A DNA stretch of 64,000 nt from an uncultured Thermoplasmata archaeon. Its GTDB lineage: Archaea > Thermoplasmatota > Thermoplasmata > RBG-16-68-12. Below the pieces are notes generated by a model. That model saw nothing but the letters and a program-made list of their open reading frames with translations, searched no databases and had not been told where the DNA came from. The stretch is taken from positions 416,001-480,000 of the forward strand of contig CAVYJM010000006.1 of the NCBI GenBank assembly GCA_963768855.1, given 5' to 3'. Position numbers and translations under genes: made by a program. Shown here piece by piece: positions 57,027 to 64,000 of this stretch (positions within the stretch are counted from its first letter, which is position 1; each line of letters begins with the position of its first letter).

Positions 57027-57674
57027 CTGGACTGGAACGCGTTGCTGCAGATTGTCGCCCTGAGCCTCTTCGTGGCCGGCACCTCCACCCTGATCGGGGC
57101 CGTGCTCGGCGTGCCCCTGGGTACGATGATCGCCCTCCGCAGGTTCCGAGGGCGGAACTTCGTCCGGACGCTCGCGTTCACCTTCTACGGCTTCCCGCCC
57201 GTGCTCGCGGGCCTCCTCGTCTACCTCGTCCTGTCGCACTCCGGGCCGCTCGGATTCCTGGGGTGGCTCTACACGCCTCTCGGGATGATCCTCGCCCAGG
57301 CCGTCCTCGTCGTGCCGATCGTGGCGGGCGTGACGATCTCCGCGGTCCAGGTGGTCGAGAAGCGGCTCCATGAGACGGCCCTGACCCTCGGGGCGGACGA
57401 GCGCCAGTGGCGGTCCACCGCGGTCCACGAGGCGCGGCTCGGGGTGCTGACCGCGATCATGGTCGGATTCGGGCGCGCAATCTCTGAGGTCGGCGCCGTG
57501 CTCATCGTGGGCGGGAACATCGCGGGGCAGACCCGCGTCCTGACAACCGCGATCGTCCTCGACACCTCGGAGGCGAACTACCTCGAGGCGACGGTGCTCG
57601 GGATCATCCTGTTCGTGATCGCCTTCATCGTGTTCGCCGCGCTCCAGCGGCTGCAGGCGGAGGGGGTCGTGTGA
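57027..57674 (+). CDS. tupB: Tungstate ABC transporter permease, probable CTG start
   Basis: (M)DWNALLQIVALSL, PPVLAGL, GFGRAISEVGAV.IVGGNI.G.TRVLTTAI; CTG follows the tupA TGA directly. Confidence 0.88.
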   Translation: MDWNALLQIVALSLFVAGTSTLIGAVLGVPLGTMIALRRFRGRNFVRTLAFTFYGFPPVLAGLLVYLVLSHSGPLGFLGWLYTPLGMILAQAVLVVPIVAGVTISAVQVVEKRLHETALTLGADERQWRSTAVHEARLGVLTAIMVGFGRAISEVGAVLIVGGNIAGQTRVLTTAIVLDTSEANYLEATVLGIILFVIAFIVFAALQRLQAEGVV

Positions 57675-58405
57675 CGGTCCCCCTGGCCCTCGCCGGGGTC
57701 CGGAAGTCCTTCGCCGGGAAGGCGGTGCTGAAGGACCTCGATCTCCGCGTCGAGGCGGGAGAGATCTTCGGGGTCGTCGGGCCGAGCGGGGCAGGGAAGA
57801 CGACGGTCCTGCGTGTCCTCGATCTCCTCGAGGCTCCGGACGGAGGGCAGGTGCTCTTCGAGGACCGGGCGCTCGTTCCGGATTCGCGGGAGGCGCTCGC
57901 CCAGCGGCGACGCATGTGCCTGATCGCGCAGAACCCCTCCGTCTTCCGGGCGAGCGTGTTCGACAACGTCGCGTACGGCCTCCGGTTGAGGGGGGTCCCG
58001 CCCGAACTCGTCCGAGGCCGCGTCTTCTCCGCCCTGGAGTTTGTGGGCCTGCTCGACCGCGCGGACGAGGTCGCGGCCCGCCTCAGCGGCGGCGAGCAGC
58101 AGCGGGTCGCGTTCGCCCGGGCCACCGTGCTCCGGCCTGACGTCCTCCTCCTCGACGAATTCACCTCGAACCTCGACCCCGCGAACGTCCGGCTGCTCGA
58201 GTCGGCGACCCGGCGGTACCGCCTGGAGAGCGGCTGCACCGTCGTAATCGTGACGCACAACTTGTTCCAGGCCAAGCGGCTTGCCGATCGGGTGGGGCTC
58301 CTCTTGGACGGGAAGTTCCTCGAGGTGGCACCCACCCACGGATTCTTCGAAAACCCCTCGCGCCCCGAGACGCAGGCGTTCCTGAGCGGGGAGATGGCGT
58401 ACTGA
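57671..58405 (+). CDS. tupC: Tungstate ABC transporter ATP-binding protein
   Basis: GPSGAGKT, LSGGEQQR, LLDEFTSNLDP, VTHN. Confidence 0.88.
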   Translation: MTVPLALAGVRKSFAGKAVLKDLDLRVEAGEIFGVVGPSGAGKTTVLRVLDLLEAPDGGQVLFEDRALVPDSREALAQRRRMCLIAQNPSVFRASVFDNVAYGLRLRGVPPELVRGRVFSALEFVGLLDRADEVAARLSGGEQQRVAFARATVLRPDVLLLDEFTSNLDPANVRLLESATRRYRLESGCTVVIVTHNLFQAKRLADRVGLLLDGKFLEVAPTHGFFENPSRPETQAFLSGEMAY

Positions 58406-58408
58406 GCC

Positions 58409-58669
58409 TCAGATCAGGGTGACGTCGATCGCCTCGACGCTGCCGACCCCAGGGATCCCGGACAGCGCGCTCTCGATCTTCTCCCCTGCGCCGGAGGCGT
58501 CGTCCACGACGGCCAGGGCGAGGATCGCGCGGAGTCCGAAGGCCACATCCTTCACCTGCATCCCCTTCAGGGCGGGCCCGACCGCCTTTCGGATCCCCTC
58601 GCGGATGGGCTCCAGGTCTGTGGACACGTCCTCGGGCATGATGCGGTAGGTGATCGCGACGGATCCCAT
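58409..58669 (-). CDS. Translation elongation factor aEF-1beta
   Basis: MGSVAITYRIMPED, VAFGLRAI, IPGVGSVEAIDVTLI. Confidence 0.92.
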   Translation of the reverse strand: MGSVAITYRIMPEDVSTDLEPIREGIRKAVGPALKGMQVKDVAFGLRAILALAVVDDASGAGEKIESALSGIPGVGSVEAIDVTLI

Positions 58670-58678
58670 GGGACTCCC

Positions 58679-58849
58679 TCACGGGCCGACGAAGCTGCAG
58701 GTGGGGCAGTGATACGCGACGGACTGGTCGCGGCAGCGGGTGCAGCGGCCGATCTTGGTCTGGCCGCAGCTCGGGCAGGGGAACATCGTCGTGCCCTTGC
58801 CCAGCAGGACCGCGCCGCAGGAGGTGCAGCGGCTCTCCTCAGGGCTCAC
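58679..58849 (-). CDS. Small Zn-finger protein (DUF1610/HVO_2753 family)
   Basis: CTSCG..FPCPSCG..I.RC.RCR..Y.CP.C.F.GP; conserved position upstream of EF-1beta. Confidence 0.9.
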   Translation of the reverse strand: MSPEESRCTSCGAVLLGKGTTMFPCPSCGQTKIGRCTRCRDQSVAYHCPTCSFVGP

Positions 58850-59060
58850 GTCGCCTCGGAAGCAACGGGGTCTATAAAACGTTGTGGTCGCCCTCGAGTG
58901 GCCCGATTTCCATTCGCGGACATGGATAATTATCGACGGTCCGTCCGGACGGTCAAAAGCCGGACGGGCCGGGCCGCCGGGGTTCAACCTCCGACCGCCG
59001 CAAAGTTTAACTACACCCGCGGTTTTGGCAACGGTCCGCATGTCGCCGCCGCTAGCCCGA

Positions 59061-59224
59061 GGGCCCGTAGCTCAGCTAGGTAGGATGGCGATCCAGCCGT
59101 CCCTAGAAAGAGCATCCGGCTTTTAACCGCTTTTCGTCAAGAAGAGCGGAAAGAAACCGGGTGGTCCGGGGTTCGAACGGGCCCCGCGGCCCGCGCCGGG
59201 TCCCCGAAAATCCCCGCGGGCCCG
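59061..59224 (+). tRNA. tRNA-Lys(UUU) with three introns (59082-59108, 59126-59155, 59178-59210)
   Basis: Removing the three segments gives a 74-nt cloverleaf GGGCCCGTAGCTCAGCTAGGTAGAGCATCCGGCTTTTAACCGGGTGGTCCGGGGTTCGAATCCCCGCGGGCCCG; each junction forms a BHB-type motif. Confidence 0.92.
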
Positions 59225-59283
59225 TAGGGCTCCCGCGCGCGTGACATGCCAGGTCGAGAGAGGTCGCCCAGGGAGGAACCCCG

Positions 59284-59535
59284 TTGAGGTTCAATGTGCT
59301 GGAGCACCAGCTTGTACCAGAGCACCGCCTCGTCGCGGAGGAAGAGGCAGTGGAAGTCCTGAAGAAACTCCGGATCACGAAGGACCAGCTCCCCAAGATC
59401 CACCGGAGCGATCCCGTGATCCAGGTCCTCGAGCGAATCGAGGGCCCGATCGAGGAAGGGCGGATCATCAAGGTCACCCGCATGAGCGGGACCGCCGGAG
59501 TGTCCGTAGCGTATCGGTTGGTCATCGGGAGGTAG
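59284..59535 (+). CDS. rpoH: RNA polymerase subunit H (Rpo5)
   Basis: FNVLEHQLVPEH, QLPKI..SDPV, IKVTR.S.TAG...YRLV. Confidence 0.95.
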   Translation: MRFNVLEHQLVPEHRLVAEEEAVEVLKKLRITKDQLPKIHRSDPVIQVLERIEGPIEEGRIIKVTRMSGTAGVSVAYRLVIGR

Positions 59536-59538
59536 AGC

Positions 59539-62500
59539 ATGCGAGAGCTGATTGACGCGTTCTTCAGAGAACGCTCTATTGTGAACCATCACATTGCGTC
59601 GTTCGACGACTTCCTTCCGACGATTGACAACCCGAGCTCCCGGATGCAGCGGATCGTCGACAACCTACGGTCCTCGCCGGAGGACGACCGCCGTGGGATC
59701 ATCAAGCTCGACGAAGACCGGACGGAAGGGGACGTGATCGAGATCCGGATCGGCCGGAAGCGCGACGAACGCGGGCGGATTGACCTCGAGGCCAAGCCGA
59801 CGATCACCCTCGGCCTCCCCGTGGTCAAGGAGGCCAACGGCGCGACGCACCCTCTGACCCCCATGGAGGCGCGCCTCCGGAACCTGAACTACACGGCCCC
59901 GATCTACCTCGACTTCACCGTCATCGAGAACGGGATCGAGCGCGAGCCCGAACGCGTCCACATCGGCAACCTGCCGATCATGGTGAAGTCGAAACGCTGC
60001 CTCCTCTACAAGGAGAACATGGAGACGGAGGGGGAACTGACCCTCGAGGAGTACAAGCGGAAGCTGATCGAGGCGGGGGAGGATCCCTACGACCCCGGCG
60101 GCTATTTCATCATCGGGGGCACGGAGCGCGCCCTGATCTCCCTCGAGGATCTCGCCCCGAACCGGGTGCTCGTCGAGTTCAACGAGCGCTACGGGCGGAA
60201 GGTCGAGGTCGCGAAGGTCTTCTCGCAGAAGGAAGGGTACCGCGCCCTCACGCTCATGGAGAAGCGGAAGGACGGCCAGCTCATCGTCTCCGTCCCGACC
60301 GCCTCCGGCCAGATCCCGCTGATCATCCTGATGAAGGCCCTGGGCATGGAGAAGGACGAGGAGATCTACAACGCGATCGTCTCCACGCCCGAGATGGCCA
60401 ACATCGTCTACGCGAATATCGAGGAGTGCCAGAACAAGAAGAACTACCCGCCCAACGGGATCTTCACGAAGGACGACGCAATCAACTACCTCGAGAAGAA
60501 GTTCGCCACGGGCCAGGCGAAGGAATACCGGATCAAGAAGGTCGAGTCGATCCTGGACCGTTCCCTGCTCCCCCACCTGGGCGACACCCGCGAGGACCGC
60601 ATCAAGAAGGCGATCTTCCTCGGCCGCGTCGCGCGCACGATCCTGGAGCTGTCCCTCGGCAAGCGGCGCGAGGACGACAAGGACCACTACGCTAACAAGC
60701 GACTCAAGCTCGCGGGGGACCTCATGGAAGACCTCTTCCGCGTCGCCTTCGCGAACGTGATCAAGGACCTGAAGTACCAGCTCGAGCGGTCCTACGCCCG
60801 GCACCGGGAGCTCAAGATCTCCTCTGCGATCCGCCCGGACCTCCTGACCCAGCGGCTCCTGCACGCCCTCGCGACGGGGAACTGGGTCGGCGGCCGCGCC
60901 GGTGTGAGCCAGCTCCTCGACCGCACGTCGAACATGTCCGCCCTGAGCCACCTCCGCCGGGTCACGTCCCCGCTCACCCGGTCCCAGCCCCACTTCGAGG
61001 CGCGGGACCTCCATCCGACCCAGTGGGGCCGGCTCTGCCCGAACGAGACCCCGGAAGGGCAGAACTGCGGCCTCGTGAAGAACTGCGCCCTCGTAATCGA
61101 CGTGTCGGAGGGGTTCCCGGAGGACGAGGTCAAGCTCCTCCTGTCCGACCTGGGCACGAAGCAGGTGAAGGGCCAGCAGACCCAGCTCACCCGCGTCTAC
61201 GTGAACGGCGACCTGGTCGGCCTGCATGAGGACCCGAAGATGCTCGTCGCGGAGATCCGCGAACGGCGCCGCTCCGGCCTCCTCAGCCACGAGGTCAACG
61301 TCCGCCTCGACGAGAACATGGGAGAGATCATCCTGAACTGCGACGAAGGCCGGATCCGCCGGCCCCTGCTCGTCGCGAAGGATGGCCACCTCGTCCTGTC
61401 GCGCAAGCACACGGAAGACCTCAAGCTCGGTCGCCTCCGCTTCTCCGACCTCGTCCGCAACGGCGTCGTCGAGTGGGTCGACGCGGAGGAGGAAGAGGAC
61501 ACGTTCATCGCGGTCTACCCCTACGACGTCCCGGCGCGCTGCAAGGAGTGCAAGCACCCTCTGAGCCGGAACGACGTCACGTGGGTCAACATGGGGAGCC
61601 GCGACGAGGACAATGAGCTCGAGTGCAAGTTCTGCCACAAGACGTTCCACGTCAAGGGCTACATCTCGAAGGAGACGACCCACCTCGAGGTCGACCCGAT
61701 GATCATCTTGGGCGTGGCCTCGGGGGTGATCCCGTACCCGGAGCACAACGCGTCCCCGCGGGTCACGATGGGCTCGGGCATGGCGAAGCAGTCGCTCGGC
61801 CTCGGCCAGAGCAACTACCGCCTCCGCCCCGACACGCGGAGCCACCTCCTGCACTACCCGCAGCAGCCGCTCGTTCAGACCGACTCGATGAAGTACGTCT
61901 CGTTCAACGAGCGTCCGGCGGGGCAGAACTTCGTCGTGGCCGTCCTCTCGTACCACGGATACAACATGGAGGACGCGATCGTCATGAACAAGGCGTCCAT
62001 CGACCGGGGCCTCGGCCGCTCCTCGTTCATGCGGACGTACCGGGCGGAGGAACGCCGCTACCCCGGCGGCCAGGAAGACCACTTCGAGATCCCCTCTCCC
62101 GACGTGCGCGGCGCGCGCGCCGACCTGTCCTACGCGAACCTGACGCCCGATGACGGGCTGATCTCCCCCGAGGTCAAGGTCATGGGCGGGGAGGTCCTCA
62201 TCGGGAAGACGAGCCCGCCGCGGTTCCTCGAGGAGGAGACGGACTTCCTGACGCCGCAGAAGCGGCGCGAGACCTCCGTCACGGTCCGCCACGGCGAGGA
62301 GGGCTGGGTCGACTCCGTCATGCTCACGGAGTCGGAGAACGGCTCGAAGCTCGCCAAGGTCAAGGTGCGCGACCTCCGTATCCCCGAGCTCGGCGACAAG
62401 TTCGCCTCGCGGCACGGGCAGAAGGGCGTTATCGGTCTCATCGCGGAACAGGTGGAGATGCCCTTCACGGCCAACGGCATCATTCCGGACCTCGTCATCA

Positions 62501-63132
62501 ACCCCCACGCCATCCCGTCGCGGATGACCGTCGCCCACGTCCTGGAGCAGATCGGCGGAAAGGTCGGCTCCATGGAGGGACGGCCGATCGACGGCACGCC
62601 CTTCAGCGGCGAGCGGGAAGAGGCGCTCCGGAAGGGGCTCGAGGAGAACGGGTTCCGGTCGAACGGCAAGGAGATCCTGTACGACGGAATGACGGGGCAG
62701 ATGATCCCCGCGGAGATCTTCGTCGGCGTCATCTACTACCAGAAGCTCCACCACATGGTCTCCGGGAAGCTGCATGTCCGGAGCCGCGGACCGGTACAGA
62801 TCCTGACGCGGCAGCCGACGGAAGGGCGGTCTCGCCAGGGCGGTCTGCGGTTCGGCGAGATGGAGCGCGACTGCCTCATCGGGCACGGCGCGGCGATGGT
62901 GATCAAGGATCGCCTGCTCGACGAGTCCGACGGGACGATCCAATACGTGTGCGGGAACCCGGAGTGCGGCCACTTCGCGATCAAGGACCGCAAGGGCAAC
63001 CTTCGCTGCCCCGTCTGCGAGAACACGTCCAAAATCTACCCCGTGCAGACATCCTATGCGTTCAAGCTGCTGCTGGACGAGCTCCTGTCCTTGGGCGTCG
63101 TCATGCGGCTCCAACTGGAGGACATGCGATGA
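59539..63132 (+). CDS. rpoB: RNA polymerase subunit B (Rpo2, single chain)
   Basis: [49 protein letters not shown]; not split into B' and B''. Confidence 0.98.
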   Translation: MRELIDAFFRERSIVNHHIASFDDFLPTIDNPSSRMQRIVDNLRSSPEDDRRGIIKLDEDRTEGDVIEIRIGRKRDERGRIDLEAKPTITLGLPVVKEANGATHPLTPMEARLRNLNYTAPIYLDFTVIENGIEREPERVHIGNLPIMVKSKRCLLYKENMETEGELTLEEYKRKLIEAGEDPYDPGGYFIIGGTERALISLEDLAPNRVLVEFNERYGRKVEVAKVFSQKEGYRALTLMEKRKDGQLIVSVPTASGQIPLIILMKALGMEKDEEIYNAIVSTPEMANIVYANIEECQNKKNYPPNGIFTKDDAINYLEKKFATGQAKEYRIKKVESILDRSLLPHLGDTREDRIKKAIFLGRVARTILELSLGKRREDDKDHYANKRLKLAGDLMEDLFRVAFANVIKDLKYQLERSYARHRELKISSAIRPDLLTQRLLHALATGNWVGGRAGVSQLLDRTSNMSALSHLRRVTSPLTRSQPHFEARDLHPTQWGRLCPNETPEGQNCGLVKNCALVIDVSEGFPEDEVKLLLSDLGTKQVKGQQTQLTRVYVNGDLVGLHEDPKMLVAEIRERRRSGLLSHEVNVRLDENMGEIILNCDEGRIRRPLLVAKDGHLVLSRKHTEDLKLGRLRFSDLVRNGVVEWVDAEEEEDTFIAVYPYDVPARCKECKHPLSRNDVTWVNMGSRDEDNELECKFCHKTFHVKGYISKETTHLEVDPMIILGVASGVIPYPEHNASPRVTMGSGMAKQSLGLGQSNYRLRPDTRSHLLHYPQQPLVQTDSMKYVSFNERPAGQNFVVAVLSYHGYNMEDAIVMNKASIDRGLGRSSFMRTYRAEERRYPGGQEDHFEIPSPDVRGARADLSYANLTPDDGLISPEVKVMGGEVLIGKTSPPRFLEEETDFLTPQKRRETSVTVRHGEEGWVDSVMLTESENGSKLAKVKVRDLRIPELGDKFASRHGQKGVIGLIAEQVEMPFTANGIIPDLVINPHAIPSRMTVAHVLEQIGGKVGSMEGRPIDGTPFSGEREEALRKGLEENGFRSNGKEILYDGMTGQMIPAEIFVGVIYYQKLHHMVSGKLHVRSRGPVQILTRQPTEGRSRQGGLRFGEMERDCLIGHGAAMVIKDRLLDESDGTIQYVCGNPECGHFAIKDRKGNLRCPVCENTSKIYPVQTSYAFKLLLDELLSLGVVMRLQLEDMR

Positions 63133-64000
63133 TGGCGATGCGAGGCGTCACGAAGCGGATCCAGGCGATCAAGTTCGCGCTGCTCAGCCCGGACGAGATC
63201 CGGCGGATGTCGGCGACGAAGATCATCACCGCGGACACGTACGACGACGACGGCTTCCCGATCGACATGGGCCTGATGGACTCCCATCTCGGCGTGATCG
63301 AGCCCGGCCTGCGCTGCAAGACCTGCGGCGGCAAGGTGGACGACTGCCCCGGCCACTTCGGCCACATCGACCTCGCGATGCCCGTGATTCACGTCGGGTA
63401 CGTGAAGGATATCAAGAAGCTCCTCCAGGCCACCTGCCGCCGTTGCGGCCGCCTCCTGCTCACGCGCCAGCAGGCCATGGAGTACATGGCGGAGATGGAG
63501 CAGGTGGAGGACCTCGGCGGGGACGTGACCGACGTCGGGCTCGTGTCGAAGGAGACCGCCCGGGAGGCCACGAAGCGCCAGCGCTGTCCTCACTGTGGCG
63601 AAGACCAGGGGAAGGTCACCCTGGACAAGCCCACGACGTTCCGCGAGGACGGCCACAAGCTCACGCCGAAGGAGGTCCGGGAGCGCCTCGAGCGCGTCCC
63701 GAACGAGGACCTCCGCGTCCTCGGCATGAACCCCGAGGTCGCGAGGCCGGAGTGGATGGTCCTGACCGCCCTGCTCGTGCCTCCGGTCACGGTCCGGCCG
63801 TCGATTACCCTGGAGTCGGGCGACCGATCCGAGGATGACCTGACCCACAAGCTCGTGGACGTACTGCGGATCAACCAGCGCCTCCGCGAGAACCGCGACG
63901 CGGGCGCGCCCCAGCTGATCGTCGAGGACCTGTGGGAGCTGCTCCAGTACCACGTCACCACGTACTTCGACAACCAGACGGCGGGCATCCCGCCCGCGCG
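63129..64000 (+). CDS. rpoA1: RNA polymerase subunit A' (Rpo1N), 3'-partial
   Basis: Absent from the ORF track because there is no stop in the window; [56 protein letters not shown]. Confidence 0.97.
   Translation, partial: MMAMRGVTKRIQAIKFALLSPDEIRRMSATKIITADTYDDDGFPIDMGLMDSHLGVIEPGLRCKTCGGKVDDCPGHFGHIDLAMPVIHVGYVKDIKKLLQATCRRCGRLLLTRQQAMEYMAEMEQVEDLGGDVTDVGLVSKETAREATKRQRCPHCGEDQGKVTLDKPTTFREDGHKLTPKEVRERLERVPNEDLRVLGMNPEVARPEWMVLTALLVPPVTVRPSITLESGDRSEDDLTHKLVDVLRINQRLRENRDAGAPQLIVEDLWELLQYHVTTYFDNQTAGIPPA

Noticed and set aside
59665-63953. Long antisense ORFs opposite rpoB, hdrA, polC and the giant gene (for example 59665-63114, 45990-47720, 35033-37093)
   Set aside because: Shadow ORFs expected in high-GC coding DNA; the translations are Arg/Pro/Gly-rich with no motifs.

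Overview
GC-rich archaeal genomic DNA: it encodes DP2/PolC, Rpo5-Rpo2-Rpo1N, aEF-1beta, RaSEA and an A24 prepilin peptidase. A single-chain RpoB, a stand-alone 5S gene and a TA0095/DUF5611-like gene point to Thermoplasmatota, probably an uncultured high-GC lineage (inference). Layout: 0-5.3 kb is a TusA-MvhD-HdrA-HdrA-wHTH-QmoC-like redox operon; 6-8.5 kb is cytochrome bd (cydAB); 8.7-30.8 kb holds accessory metabolic, stress and transport genes; 30.8-46 kb holds a SAP/Zn-finger membrane protein, tRNA-Thr, a Rab-like GTPase, glycosyltransferases, polC, thioredoxin, a KaiC-like ATPase and a wHTH protein; 46-50.3 kb is a 1456-aa membrane-spanning multidomain protein; the rest is 5S rRNA, prepilin peptidase, a second Rab-like GTPase, APC-USP, MscS, tupABC, EF-1beta, tRNA-Lys and the RNA polymerase operon, which runs off the end. 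The most striking features are RNAs missed by the ORF track: a tRNA-Lys(UUU) split by three bulge-helix-bulge introns (20/21, 37/38, 59/60) and a 5S rRNA with a ~35-nt hairpin expansion. Other oddities are a Zn-ribbon insertion in RpoB, apparent CTG/ACG start codons, and several single-base frameshifts at short homopolymers that may be sequencing errors. No CRISPR array, transposase or integrase was seen. Family names come from motif recognition by eye, not database searches.
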